Counted from the first letter of the stretch, positions 43,209 to 53,833 are shown. The stretch is DNA of 64,000 nucleotides from an uncultured Acidobacteriota bacterium (GCA_963836075.1 CAWIIB010000001.1:1056001-1120000), one strand, 5' to 3'. Program-made: numbers and translations. Notes: generated from the letters alone by a model not told the origin.

Positions 43209-46180
43209 CAGTATCCCAACTCTTCGAGGAAGGAAAGGACCACGCTCTCCACCCGGGCGGTTGTCGCCTGGTACTCGAAGATCATCCTTTCGGAACCGGC
43301 CGTGCCATCCGTGTCGTCACCGTATCCGAGAATGCGGGCCATCTGCCCGGTTTCGTCGGTCAGCAGTTCATCTTCGGCCGCCACGGTGAGCCGGTACAGA
43401 TCCCGGCGGTGCTTGAGGTAGGTGAAGGCCTGGAACAGCTGATCCAGGTCGCCGGCCCGCTGGGGCATCAGTTCCAGCAGTGGCTGGTGGAGTTCCAGCG
43501 ATACCGGCTGCCAGAGGTTGTGCTTCGCTTCGAGGCAGAGCAGCAGCAGTTCGATGTCCCGCAGACCGCCCTTGGTCTCCTTGACGTTCATGCTGGAGAT
43601 CAGCCCCTGGTCCACGGCTTCGTGCCGCGAGCGGATCTCGCGCGCCAGGCGGCGGATGTAATCGTCCTTGCGAGCCAGGATGAACGGTTCGATGATCTGT
43701 TGCCGGAGATCGCTCTCGAACTGTTTGCTGCCTACGATGCGCCGACCGCTCATCAACTGGGACATGTCGATGAAGGTTGTATCGTCCGGCTCCTCAAACA
43801 GCGTGCGGATCTGTCCGAAGGTGGTGACGTAGTCCCCGAAGCGCTCGGCAAAGCGGTAATGGGGCATGGTGCCGCGGCGGATGATCTGGCGGTTCATCCT
43901 GGCGATGATCCGGCAGCAGTAGGCCAGCACCTCCGGTTCGTCGTTCTTGAGGATGGCCACCAGGTCGAAATCGTCGTCAAAGGCCAGTTTGCGGCCGTGC
44001 CCCCCGGCGGAGTAGATCCCCAGCAGGTCGCGGGTGGGGACCCGGCCCCCCGACTCCTGGTCCACCTCCTGCTTGCAGACGTCGAAAAGAATGCGGAAAT
44101 AGTTGTCGGAGAATTCGGTGAACTCGGCGTCAGTGTACTCGGTGGGCTTTCCGTTCATCGCCTCCAGGCCCACGCGGAGGAACTCCAGGTCGTAGTAACT
44201 TCCCAGGTCGTGCTTTTTCCGCGAAAAGGTCTTCAGGCTGTCCAGGCGGGCGAAGATCCCCTTGGCGATCACTTTCAGCCGCTGCGGCTTGTCGAAGTGC
44301 TCCACATATTCGGCGTAGCGCACCACGATGCGCTGGAAAAATCGCTTGAAATAGTGGCTGGTGGTGAGGTGCAGCCGGCAGAAATAGATCAGCTGTTTGC
44401 GCAGCACCTCCACCTCCCGGGACCAGGCCTGGTCGCCCTCCAGCATCTGCAGGAAGCGCTCGGTCTCCTCGGTGGGCATGCCCAGCAGAAAGCTGTTCAC
44501 CAGCCGGGGGTAGTGATGGAAGACAGTGGTCACCCGGGAAACCTTGTCGCCGCAGCGCATCAACCGGCCGATGAAGGCTGAGCCCAGGTCCTGGAAGAGG
44601 GAGAGGGAGTCGACCTTGCGGATGTTGCGGTAGAGGATGTCCAGCAGGCGGAAGAGGGGCAGCGCGGTGACTTCACCCCATTTGGCGTAGCGCTGGATCC
44701 AGATCTGCTTTTTCGACGGGTCCAGCCGGTTGAAATCATCGACAAAGCGTTTGAGCAGGGTCAGGTCCACCCCTTCCAGCTGGTCGAGGACATCGTCCCA
44801 GAACCGGGTGCCGCGGAAAAAGCGCAGCGCGGTGACGAACTCCACTGCGAGGTTGCCGTCCCGGGAGGAGCCCACCTTGACCAGGCCCCGGGTGCGGACC
44901 ATGCCGGAAAAAACACTGACCCGTTCAAGGTGGATCCGCAGGTCCTCCACCAGCACCTGGGCCATGGCCCTGGCGGTGGTCACGTGCTCGTGGTAGTGGA
45001 TCAGCAGGTGGTCATACGCCTTGACCACCCCCATGTCCTCGTAGCCCATCAACTCGGCCACCGCCTTCAGCTGGGCGTGGGAACCCTCCTCTTCCAGCGG
45101 GATCTCCTCCTCCTGGACTTCGAGCATCTGGTAGAGGAAACGGAAGGCTTCGATGAAGGAGAGCGACCGCTCCAGTTCCTCGTACACGTCGAGGTAGCGG
45201 GAGTCCAGCTCCATCAACTGCCGCAACACCTCCCAGGCGTTGACATCCTCGAGGCCGAACACCGTCTTGCGCGCCGAAACGATGCCCTTGATGATGCGCA
45301 GCGCGTCGCTCTTGGGATCGATGCTCCCCTTGCGGATCTCCCACATCATCAGCGCCCGCACCTCGCCGAGCATGCCCCGGAGGTAGCCCTCGTGAAACCG
45401 GTTGTCGCCGCCGGGACGGTAGAAGTAGCGGTCGGTGACCTCCTTGGTGAACACGTTGAACAGGTCGGTACTGCCGAGGATCGGTTGAGCGCCGAGCATT
45501 TCGGAAATGATGATGAAGTCCTGGATCTCGTGGTCCAGAAGTTCCCGGTACTCGGCGATGGACGCGGAGTAACTCTGCTCGCCCACGTGCTCGGAGAGAT
45601 AAAAATGGAGCGGGACCGCCCGGCGCAGCATCTCCCGCTGCAGACGGCCCACCGCCCGGTTGAACGGCGCCCGCAGGTCCGATCCGTCATCGACGATACC
45701 CAGGTCGAGGTCGTCCTGGTCGGCGCGGGTGCCCACGCCGCAGATGACGAACTCGGGCCGCTGGCTTTCAGGAAGAAAGATGTTGAGCAACTGCTCCATG
45801 TAGCAGGAAATCATCCGGCGCAGATCGTTGCCCATCTGCAGCATGAAATCGCGGTAAACCCGGAACCGGTCGGCCCGTGCCGTGAGGCCCAGGCGCAGGA
45901 TATCCACCGCCCTGGTGTTCATGTGCAGATACTGGAGGGCGAAATAGGTACCCAGGAGTTCGAGTTTCTCCTCCTCGGTTTCCCCCAGCTCACTGACCAG
46001 GGCCATCTGGGCGCAGATGTCCTGGGCGCCGCGCCAGAGCTGGACCGCGTCGATCTTCCCCTGGGTTTCCAGCAGGTCGATCAGTTTCTGACCATGGGAT
46101 GAGATAAAGCGGATGTACTTGAGGTGGTGATTCCCCAGCGATTCGGCCCGTTCCTTAAGCTTGGCAAAATTGTCAAGCAT
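43208..46180 (-). CDS. GlnE/GlnD-like protein with two nucleotidyltransferase domains
   Basis: GVGTRADQDDLDL and AGGHGRKLAFDDDFDL motifs; VKETKGGLRDIE. Confidence 0.7.
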   Translation of the reverse strand: MLDNFAKLKERAESLGNHHLKYIRFISSHGQKLIDLLETQGKIDAVQLWRGAQDICAQMALVSELGETEEEKLELLGTYFALQYLHMNTRAVDILRLGLTARADRFRVYRDFMLQMGNDLRRMISCYMEQLLNIFLPESQRPEFVICGVGTRADQDDLDLGIVDDGSDLRAPFNRAVGRLQREMLRRAVPLHFYLSEHVGEQSYSASIAEYRELLDHEIQDFIIISEMLGAQPILGSTDLFNVFTKEVTDRYFYRPGGDNRFHEGYLRGMLGEVRALMMWEIRKGSIDPKSDALRIIKGIVSARKTVFGLEDVNAWEVLRQLMELDSRYLDVYEELERSLSFIEAFRFLYQMLEVQEEEIPLEEEGSHAQLKAVAELMGYEDMGVVKAYDHLLIHYHEHVTTARAMAQVLVEDLRIHLERVSVFSGMVRTRGLVKVGSSRDGNLAVEFVTALRFFRGTRFWDDVLDQLEGVDLTLLKRFVDDFNRLDPSKKQIWIQRYAKWGEVTALPLFRLLDILYRNIRKVDSLSLFQDLGSAFIGRLMRCGDKVSRVTTVFHHYPRLVNSFLLGMPTEETERFLQMLEGDQAWSREVEVLRKQLIYFCRLHLTTSHYFKRFFQRIVVRYAEYVEHFDKPQRLKVIAKGIFARLDSLKTFSRKKHDLGSYYDLEFLRVGLEAMNGKPTEYTDAEFTEFSDNYFRILFDVCKQEVDQESGGRVPTRDLLGIYSAGGHGRKLAFDDDFDLVAILKNDEPEVLAYCCRIIARMNRQIIRRGTMPHYRFAERFGDYVTTFGQIRTLFEEPDDTTFIDMSQLMSGRRIVGSKQFESDLRQQIIEPFILARKDDYIRRLAREIRSRHEAVDQGLISSMNVKETKGGLRDIELLLLCLEAKHNLWQPVSLELHQPLLELMPQRAGDLDQLFQAFTYLKHRRDLYRLTVAAEDELLTDETGQMARILGYGDDTDGTAGSERMIFEYQATTARVESVVLSFLEELGY

Positions 46181-46268
46181 GGCGACCTTTCCGCCGGGGA
46201 TCCGTCTGGCGAGGCTGAAAACACGGGAACCGGACCACTCCCCGGCGGTCCGGCTCCCGAAGAGCAGG

Positions 46269-46817
46269 CTACAGATCGAGTGCTTTGGCCACTTCCACCC
46301 CGGCCTTGAAGGCCCGGAGGTTCAGCTCCTCGGTGCCCTTGGGCACCCGGGCCAGAATGGCCGACTCCACGGCCTGTCCGGAAACCACGCCGGCCAGCTC
46401 GGTGATCACACCGAGAGCCACGATGTTGGCCACCAGCACGCGGCCCACCGTGTCACGGGCGGTGGAGATGATCGGAACCTTGAACATTTTGAAGGTACCC
46501 TCGGGCATCGTGCTCACCGCGTCCTCATCCACCAGCAGCATGCCGTCGCCCTTAAGATCCTTGCAGTAGCGGTTCACCGACTCCTGGGTCAGGGCCAGCA
46601 GGAGGTCGATGTTCACCGCCTTGGGATAATCAATGTCGTCGTCGGAGATGATGACATCGGAGCGGCTGGCGCCTCCCCGCGCTTCCGGTCCGTATGACTG
46701 GCTCTGGGTGGCATTCTTGTCGTCGTAGATGGCGGCGGCTTCGGCCAGAACCTTCCCGGCCAGAACCAGGCCCTGCCCCCCCTCGCCGCTCAACCGGACC
46801 TCGTAACGAAAACTCAT
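46269..46817 (-). CDS. korC: 2-oxoacid:ferredoxin oxidoreductase gamma subunit
   Basis: SGEGGQG, SYGPEARGG, NIVALG. Confidence 0.9.
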   Translation of the reverse strand: MSFRYEVRLSGEGGQGLVLAGKVLAEAAAIYDDKNATQSQSYGPEARGGASRSDVIISDDDIDYPKAVNIDLLLALTQESVNRYCKDLKGDGMLLVDEDAVSTMPEGTFKMFKVPIISTARDTVGRVLVANIVALGVITELAGVVSGQAVESAILARVPKGTEELNLRAFKAGVEVAKALDL

Positions 46818-46829
46818 TTTCGATATCTC

Positions 46830-47642
46830 CTATGCTCGCGCCAGGGAAGCGATCAACTGATCATAGCGTTCGGTGTATTCCGGCTTGTCCTTGTCGACGA
46901 AGATACCGGTGACGATCTTGCCCTCCAGTTCCTCCTCGGTCATCTTCTCGGCTTTCTTCAGCGGAACAGAAAGCTCCTTCAGTTCCTGGAGCATCACCAC
47001 ACCGTTGCGCAGCTTGTTGCGGCGCCCGTAGACCGTGGGACAGGGGCTCATCGCCTCCACCACCGAAAAGCCGTTCTTCAGCATGGCCTTCTCGATGAAG
47101 CGGCTCAACTGCACCGTCTGGTAGGCGGTGCTCCGGGCGACAAAGGACGCCCCGGCCGCCTCGGCCAGGCCGCTGATGTTGAACGAGGGTTCGAGGTTGC
47201 CGAAGGGAGCGGTGCTGGCCATCTTGCCCACCGGGGTGGTGGGTGATACCTGGCCGCCGGTCATCCCGTAGATGTAGTTGTTCATCAGGATCACGGTGAG
47301 GTTGATGTTGCGGCGGGCGGCGTGGATGTAATGGTTGCCGCCGATGGCCGTGGCATCGCCGTCACCGGTGACCACCACCACGTGCAGTTTGGGATTGGCC
47401 ATCTTGACGCCGGTGGCGAAGGGGATCGCCCGGCCGTGGGTGGTGTGCAGGGTGTTGAAGTCGACATACCCGGGCATGCGGCTGGAACAGCCGATGCCGG
47501 AAACCAGCACCATCTCGTCGTTGGTCCAGCCGATCTTGTCGATGGCCCGGAGGATCGCTTTCATCACGATGCCGTGGCCGCATCCGGCACACCAGATCAG
47601 GGGAAATTTCTGCTCGCGGAGATATGGGCTGTACTGGCTCAT
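46830..47642 (-). CDS. korB: 2-oxoacid:ferredoxin oxidoreductase beta subunit
   Basis: WCAGCGHG, GIGCS, GDGD...GGNH, YGMTGGQ. Confidence 0.92.
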   Translation of the reverse strand: MSQYSPYLREQKFPLIWCAGCGHGIVMKAILRAIDKIGWTNDEMVLVSGIGCSSRMPGYVDFNTLHTTHGRAIPFATGVKMANPKLHVVVVTGDGDATAIGGNHYIHAARRNINLTVILMNNYIYGMTGGQVSPTTPVGKMASTAPFGNLEPSFNISGLAEAAGASFVARSTAYQTVQLSRFIEKAMLKNGFSVVEAMSPCPTVYGRRNKLRNGVVMLQELKELSVPLKKAEKMTEEELEGKIVTGIFVDKDKPEYTERYDQLIASLARA

Positions 47643-48793
47643 CTGCTTGCCACCTCTTCAATCTTCTCCATGACCATCATCGGGCTGATCGGATCGCCGC
47701 TGATCAGGTTGACACGCTCGACCCTGGCGTCTCCAGCCACGGCCCACTCGACCTCGTGCGCCATCTGCCCCAGGTTCATCTCCGGGACGATGATCGTGTG
47801 TACCTGCTTCCCCATCTCGCGGACTTCCTTGTCCGGGAAGGGCCAGAGCACCTTGGGCCGCAGCAGCCCCACCTTGATCCCCTTCTCCCGGGCCGTGTTC
47901 ATGGCCCGGCGGGCCGACCGGGCACAGGAGCCGTAGGCGAAGACGCCGATCTCCGCATCATCGAGCTCGAACTGCTCCACGTCAACGATATCGTCGCGGT
48001 AGCGCTCCATCTTGCGATTGATCCGCAGGAGCATCTTGTTGATCTCGTCCGTGTTGTTGGTCGGGAACCCGGTCTCGTCATGGCACAGCCCGGTGACATG
48101 GAAGCGGTAGCCGGTGCCGAAACTGGCCATCTCCGGGATGTCGTTCTCGGTGTGGCGATACGGCAGGTGCTCTTCCGGGGTGTCAGTGGGCCCCGCACGG
48201 TCGATCAGCGTCAGTTCGCTGGCCGGGGGAATGACGATCTTCTCGCTGGTGTGCCCCACGATCTCGTCGAGGAGGATGATCACCGGGATACGGTATTTTT
48301 CGGTGAGGTTGAAGGCCTCCACGGTGAGGTGGAAGGTCTCGGTGACGCTCTGGGGGCAGACGGCGATGATCGGGTGGTCGCCGTGGGTGCCCCAGCGCGC
48401 CTGCATCACATCCGACTGGGAAGGCAGGGTGGGCAGACCGGTGCTCGGTCCGCCGCGCATCACGTTGACGATGACGCAGGGGACTTCGGTGATGCAGGCA
48501 TAACCGATGTTTTCCTGCTTGAGGGAGAAACCGGGACCGCTGGTGGCGGTCATCGACTTGGCCCCGGTGAGCGAGGCGCCGATGATCGCACCCATGGCGG
48601 CGATCTCATCCTCCATCTGGATGAACTTGCCGCCGACCCGGGGCAGGTGGGCTGACAGATCCTCGGCGATCTCCGACGAGGGTGTGATCGGGTACCCGGC
48701 GAAGAACCGTACTCCGGCGGCGAGCGCACCTGCCGCGCAGGCATCGTTCCCCGTCATCAGTCGAACGTTGCTGTTCGATTTGGCCGCTGACAT
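47639..48793 (-). CDS. korA: 2-oxoacid:ferredoxin oxidoreductase alpha subunit
   Basis: GYPITPSSE, QMEDEIA, TSGPGFSL, RGGPSTGLPT, EMNLGQ. Confidence 0.92.
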   Translation of the reverse strand: MSAAKSNSNVRLMTGNDACAAGALAAGVRFFAGYPITPSSEIAEDLSAHLPRVGGKFIQMEDEIAAMGAIIGASLTGAKSMTATSGPGFSLKQENIGYACITEVPCVIVNVMRGGPSTGLPTLPSQSDVMQARWGTHGDHPIIAVCPQSVTETFHLTVEAFNLTEKYRIPVIILLDEIVGHTSEKIVIPPASELTLIDRAGPTDTPEEHLPYRHTENDIPEMASFGTGYRFHVTGLCHDETGFPTNNTDEINKMLLRINRKMERYRDDIVDVEQFELDDAEIGVFAYGSCARSARRAMNTAREKGIKVGLLRPKVLWPFPDKEVREMGKQVHTIIVPEMNLGQMAHEVEWAVAGDARVERVNLISGDPISPMMVMEKIEEVASR

Positions 48794-48827
48794 TGGCGAG
48801 ATCCTTTCTGCTGCTGGGATACTGAAG

Positions 48828-49043
48828 TCAGGTCACGGTGATGGCGAAATCGGGACACCGATAGTCGCACAGCTGGCAATTGGTGCAGGCCTCGAGGTTG
48901 ACCACCACGGCCACACCGTTCTCCATCGCCAGCACATCGGTGGGACAGAACTCCACACAGATGCCACAGCCCTTACACAGCCTGTCCACAATTTCAATGA
49001 CTGGAGGGGCCTTTTCCTTCTTGACCGCCGCTTCCTCGCTCAT
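48828..49043 (-). CDS. korD: 2-oxoacid oxidoreductase delta (ferredoxin) subunit
   Basis: CKGCGICVEFCP, CTNCQLCDYRCPDFAI. Confidence 0.88.
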   Translation of the reverse strand: MSEEAAVKKEKAPPVIEIVDRLCKGCGICVEFCPTDVLAMENGVAVVVNLEACTNCQLCDYRCPDFAITVT

Positions 49044-49271
49044 CCAACTCTCCCCTGGATCACGGTTGCCGGCGGGTGACAGGAGTATTTCTCTCGCCAT
49101 TCCGGCCGGACGCATGGAGTTTTTGCCCGGCCCTCGCATCTGCAACCTGAGGGAAGCCCGGGTACGTGCGTTTCAAGCCCGGAATATACTCCTCGACCCG
49201 GAGAGAGTCAAGATCGAAACAACTTTTCAATCGTTGGGAAATCAACAGTTTCCAAGCAGTGGGGCAGAGGA

Positions 49272-51470
49272 TCAATTGAGGTAGCCGAGGGCACGGAGCT
49301 GCCGGCGCATTTCCGGGGACATTTCGCCACCGGTCAGAGAGCCGGTGGCCGCCGCGGCTTCGGCCAGCTCGCGGCTCTCCCGGTCCAGTTCGAAGATCCT
49401 GTGGCGCAAATCCGACACGATCCCGTCCGCGTCGGCCTGGGCCGCCGGGTCCACTTCCCCCCCCTTCAGCGGATCGGTGCTGAAGAGCCGGGCCCGTCCA
49501 GAGGAACGGTCGAGGATCAGCTTGAAGTCTCCCATTTCCAAAGACTTCCAGTTCACTGCGTCCTGGGTGCCCTCGGAGAGGACCGCCAGTGGGTCACCGG
49601 TGTACGGGCCGGAGTTCACCGAGTCCGGCAATCCGCCGAACAGGCCGGCCATGTCGCGGCCCTGGACCCCCGGATGTGACTCCACGTTCCCGGCCAGCGC
49701 CAGCAGGGTGGGGTAGAGATCGATGAGCTGCAGGCCGGTCTCCCAGGGCGCCCGGGCCGGAATCCCGCCCGGCAGCCGCACCAGCAGCGGCACCCGGAGC
49801 AGTTCGTCGTAGAGGGTGTGGCCGTGTCCCAGGCCGCCATGCTCCAGAAACTCCTCCCCGTGGTCGGCAGTGACCACCACCACCGACCGCTGGAGAATTC
49901 CGCGCTGCTCCAGCAGCGAGAGCAGGCGCCCCAGCTGGCGGTCAAAGGCGAGGATCTCCTCGTCATAAAGCAGTTGCAGGCGGTCCAGGTCGGCGGATTC
50001 CAGGAGCCCGCCGCGCATGATGGTCTGCACCAGGCCGGAGCTCCGCAGGTAACGGCCGCGGTATGGGCCCGGGGACGGAGCCGGTTTCGGGCTGTACGGC
50101 TCGTGGGGGTCCATGTAGTGCAGCCAGAGGAAGAAGGGCTGGCCGGGTACCGGCACCCCTTCCAGCCACTGGAGGGCCCGGGCGGTGACCTGGTCGGCAC
50201 GGATCCGGTCCTTCGACTCCCCACCCTCCGGACCGTGGCAGAGCAGCCGGTGCCAGAACATCCGTTTCAGCTGGTAGCTCGACACCCCGCCCTCCTCGAG
50301 GTGAGTATAGGCACTGAACCCCCGGTGAAAACCGAACTCCCGCTTGAGCCAGGGGTTGGTGGCGATGGCACGGGTCAGATACCCCTCAGCGGCCAGGGCG
50401 CCGGCCAGGGTGGGCACCGCGGCCGGCAGGCGGGCCGGACCGCCGCCCATACCGAGGGCCGAAGGGAGCCGGCCGGTGAACAGGGACGACATGGACGGCA
50501 GGGTCCAGGGCGAGTTGCTGGTCATCCGCTGAACCAGCACCGCCTCCCTCGAGAATCGGTCAAGGGCCGGAGAGGACCTCCGCTCGCTGCCGTAGCAGGA
50601 GAGACGGTCCGAACGGAGCGTGTCCACCGTAATCAGCAGGATGTTGGGTCTCCGGTCGGCACCGTCTGTCGCTGCGGGAAACGCCTCGACACGTCTCACC
50701 TCCGGCAGGAGGGAAGCCGTCAGCAGACCGGCGGCCAGGTGGACGGCCAGCAGCACGATACACACCACCCACGACCAGGGACGGCCGGTACCCCCGCGCA
50801 GCGGCGGCAGGAGGGTGAGCAGGAGAAAGAGCAGGGCCGAGGCAGCCGCCACGGCCAGGGTCACCCCTGCCCCACCGCCAAGAACGGGTTGGAGGGCCAG
50901 GCCCAGGGCCAGCAGAGTGCCGGCGGACCAGACAGCCGCCAGAACGATCCCCACCCGACCCAGGAACCCCCTGCGCATGAAAGAAAGGGCAGCCGCTGCT
51001 GCGGCCCCGCCGGCGGCGAGGGAAACGGCAAGGGCGGTGAGGAGATTGAAGACCACCGGTGGTGAACGCAGCATCTCACCCGGACGTTGACCGGACGGCA
51101 GCAGGGATGACCACCAGGGGGCGAGGATGGCTCCCGCCACAATGAGCAGGACGAGGCAGGCAATCCCCGCGTCCTGCCGCTTTCGGCCGGCCAGGGTCGC
51201 CGGCAGCCAGAGAACCAGGCCGGCGGCCACACCGAGGCCCAGACAGGCCAGCGACGGCACGTAGAGCAGCTGGAAGATGTCACGGGCATGGAAACGGAGA
51301 ATGCCGATGCCGGTGGCCGGTTGGTTGACCAGCGCCTGCACCCCGAGGTAGAGGCCGAGAAACAGCCCGGATAGTCCCCCGGCTGCCACGGCCTGCAGCA
51401 GAATCCCGTATGCACGGCGGTTTCCACCGCCCTGCTCATTCTCCGTTTTCATCGATACGCCAGGATTCAC
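49272..51470 (-). CDS. Membrane-anchored sulfatase-fold protein
   Basis: Multiple N-terminal TMs; DTLRSD, PWTLPSMSSLFTG, HYMDPH, ADHGEE, ends QLRALGYLN. Confidence 0.85.
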   Translation of the reverse strand: MNPGVSMKTENEQGGGNRRAYGILLQAVAAGGLSGLFLGLYLGVQALVNQPATGIGILRFHARDIFQLLYVPSLACLGLGVAAGLVLWLPATLAGRKRQDAGIACLVLLIVAGAILAPWWSSLLPSGQRPGEMLRSPPVVFNLLTALAVSLAAGGAAAAAALSFMRRGFLGRVGIVLAAVWSAGTLLALGLALQPVLGGGAGVTLAVAAASALLFLLLTLLPPLRGGTGRPWSWVVCIVLLAVHLAAGLLTASLLPEVRRVEAFPAATDGADRRPNILLITVDTLRSDRLSCYGSERRSSPALDRFSREAVLVQRMTSNSPWTLPSMSSLFTGRLPSALGMGGGPARLPAAVPTLAGALAAEGYLTRAIATNPWLKREFGFHRGFSAYTHLEEGGVSSYQLKRMFWHRLLCHGPEGGESKDRIRADQVTARALQWLEGVPVPGQPFFLWLHYMDPHEPYSPKPAPSPGPYRGRYLRSSGLVQTIMRGGLLESADLDRLQLLYDEEILAFDRQLGRLLSLLEQRGILQRSVVVVTADHGEEFLEHGGLGHGHTLYDELLRVPLLVRLPGGIPARAPWETGLQLIDLYPTLLALAGNVESHPGVQGRDMAGLFGGLPDSVNSGPYTGDPLAVLSEGTQDAVNWKSLEMGDFKLILDRSSGRARLFSTDPLKGGEVDPAAQADADGIVSDLRHRIFELDRESRELAEAAAATGSLTGGEMSPEMRRQLRALGYLN

Positions 51471-51485
51471 TGGTCCGCTATTCCC

Positions 51486-53192
51486 CTACCGGCCTGCCGC
51501 CCGGGGCGTCCCCGACCCGCCGATCGCTGCCCGGGCCATGATCAGTGAGCTCTCGCCGGTGATGGTGTCCCGGATCCCGGTGGCTACGGCATAGTCCGCG
51601 GCGGGAAAGACCAGCCGCGCCCCGTAGCTGAAAGTTGCTTGCGGGTCCATCTCTTCCGCCGCGATGAAGATCGGGAGCTTGATGGTGTGCGAAGGGATAT
51701 AGCTCAGATCGGGGGACCGCGCGGCGATGAAGATGGTCAATTCCCCGGAATACCCTCCGGCGCTTCGCTCCACCAGACCCAGTTTGCTCTGGGGCAGCGA
51801 CACGGCAAGGGTCAACCGGGTCACGACCCCGGCGTCCTGCACGACCCGCTCCGCGGCCACCACCTCGGCCACCGCTTCCAGCGGGTTCCGCTCCAGCCGG
51901 TGATCGAAGTGGAGCAGAAGGGTCTCCTGGGCCATCCGGGTATCCGGCCCGGAAACCGACAGTGCCCTCTGGTAGCTGACGTTGAGCCGCTTCTTCTCCG
52001 GCAGGTCGAGGGTGATCCGATAGTTGGCGTCGGGCTGCCAGCCGTCGGTGCGGATGCCGATGCTGTAATAGTTGTTCAGACTGGCCCGGATCTCCTTTAG
52101 AGCCGCCGTGTAACTGCTGCTGCCCACGTAGGCCTTGCCGCCGGTTTCCCGGGCCAGGTAGGTCACCCCGCCGGACGCAACCGAAGTGAGTCGGGTGTCG
52201 GCACCCAGCCCCCGGGCATCCAAAGTAAAGACCGGGATCTCGGCCGCGTTGAGTTGCCGTACCGTCGAGAACAGCGCCTCCTTCTCATTGAAAGCGCCGG
52301 CCGACTGCTGGTTGGCCCCGCCCCGGTCATCCCCGAAGCGCAGACCCGGTCCCATCTCCACCGGCAGTTCCTCGGAGAGGAAGATGATCACTTTGCGGCC
52401 CGGCACCCCGGCAAGAAAGGTGCTCAGGGTGCCCAGGGCTTCACAGGTCAGCTTGGCGTAGTAGCTCTTCTCCCCCAGGGTCCGGTCGGCCATGTTGACA
52501 TCATTGTCGGGGTAGATGCTGGTGGGCCCCTCGCCGGCCAGCCCGCCGGGGAAAGCCGCCTGCATCGAGGCCCGCTTGAGGTTGTCCTTGAGCACATTGG
52601 GATTGGTGGTAAAACGGGTGTTCAGCTGGAACCCCTGCTCGAAATTGACCACCAGCCCCTTGTCCCCCCCACCGAACATTTCGTCCACGAAGCTGTTGAG
52701 CCTGGTGACCACCCGCGGCCGGTTTCTCGGGTCCATATGCAGGTTGTCGAAGAAGAAGACATAGTGGATCGGCTCACCTTCGATTGGATCAACTATTTCC
52801 GACGGAATGTCCGCCTGCCCCTCTTCCCCGGGTTCCGGCGGGGCATCTTCCTCTTCTTCCACCGGGGGAAAGATGGTCTGGCCGTCGCGCACTTCGTGGA
52901 ACAGGCGAACCGGAATCTCGCGGCCGTTCAATTTCAGTTGAAAATCTTCCGGATGCAGCCCCTGGACGAATTCACCAGACTTGTCCTGGACCGTCACCCG
53001 CAGATTGAGAACCCGCACCTCCAGGTCCACCTTGAGCGGATCAGGCTCCTCCCCCTCGGCACCCGGTTTCGGTATCGGCTCCATTGGCGGCGCATCCTGG
53101 GCCTCGAGAAAGGGCGACCCGCCCCATACCCCCAGGATCAGCAGGGCAAAAACCACGGTAAGCAGAAGCTTCGCGGAAGATCTCATGGGCAC
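51486..53192 (-). CDS. VWA domain protein (Acidobacteria-type VWFA-related)
   Basis: VTVQDKSGEFVQGLHPEDF, PGRKVIIFLSE, LARETGG, YYSIG. Confidence 0.8.
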   Translation of the reverse strand: MPMRSSAKLLLTVVFALLILGVWGGSPFLEAQDAPPMEPIPKPGAEGEEPDPLKVDLEVRVLNLRVTVQDKSGEFVQGLHPEDFQLKLNGREIPVRLFHEVRDGQTIFPPVEEEEDAPPEPGEEGQADIPSEIVDPIEGEPIHYVFFFDNLHMDPRNRPRVVTRLNSFVDEMFGGGDKGLVVNFEQGFQLNTRFTTNPNVLKDNLKRASMQAAFPGGLAGEGPTSIYPDNDVNMADRTLGEKSYYAKLTCEALGTLSTFLAGVPGRKVIIFLSEELPVEMGPGLRFGDDRGGANQQSAGAFNEKEALFSTVRQLNAAEIPVFTLDARGLGADTRLTSVASGGVTYLARETGGKAYVGSSSYTAALKEIRASLNNYYSIGIRTDGWQPDANYRITLDLPEKKRLNVSYQRALSVSGPDTRMAQETLLLHFDHRLERNPLEAVAEVVAAERVVQDAGVVTRLTLAVSLPQSKLGLVERSAGGYSGELTIFIAARSPDLSYIPSHTIKLPIFIAAEEMDPQATFSYGARLVFPAADYAVATGIRDTITGESSLIMARAAIGGSGTPRAAGR

Positions 53193-53355
53193 TCCTCCGA
53201 ACGGGTGAAACGCCGCCTGCCCTTGAGGGCCGGGCCGGCGCCGGTTATCCTAGGATGACGCTGAACAATGCTCGGGCCTCGCCGGCCCGAATTGACCACA
53301 TCATACACCAATTGCAGGAGATCGGACAGATTCCGCCGCCGAGGAGGGCCGAGGG

Positions 53356-53772
53356 ATGAAATCGTATCGCAAGGAACTCTGGTTCGAAGTGCCCACCCGC
53401 CGGGCGCTGATCAACATCACCCCCGAGGTGGATGAATGCCTGCGGGAGAGCGGCATCCGCGAAGGGCTGGTGCTGGTAAACGCCATGCACATCACAGCGA
53501 GTGTCTTCATCAACGACGACGAGCCGGGCCTGCACCAGGACTACGACGACTGGCTGGAGAAACTGGCGCCCCACGAACCGGTGAGCGGCTATCGCCACAA
53601 CGTGGGCGAGGACAACGCCGACGCCCACATGAAGCGCCAGATCATGGGCCGCGAGGTGGTGGTGGCCATCACCGGCGGCCAACTGGACTTCGGCACCTGG
53701 GAGCGGATCTTCTACGGCGAGTTCGACGGCCGGCGGCGGAAGCGGGTGCTGGTGAAGATTATCGGGGAATAA
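53356..53772 (+). CDS. yjbQ: YjbQ/UPF0047 (secondary thiamine-phosphate synthase) family protein, intact copy
   Basis: [30 protein letters not shown]. Confidence 0.92.
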   Translation: MKSYRKELWFEVPTRRALINITPEVDECLRESGIREGLVLVNAMHITASVFINDDEPGLHQDYDDWLEKLAPHEPVSGYRHNVGEDNADAHMKRQIMGREVVVAITGGQLDFGTWERIFYGEFDGRRRKRVLVKIIGE

Positions 53773-53833
53773 TGATGCGTAGCATCATCAAGTGACATCG
53801 TTGCTCTGAACAGCCAGATATTCCTCTTCTTAG

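Noticed and set aside
2546-53258. Numerous long antisense or overlapping ORFs (e.g. 2546-3796, 21107-22471, 43409-44581, 49818-51065)
   Set aside because: Shadow frames of high-GC genes with no recognisable motifs
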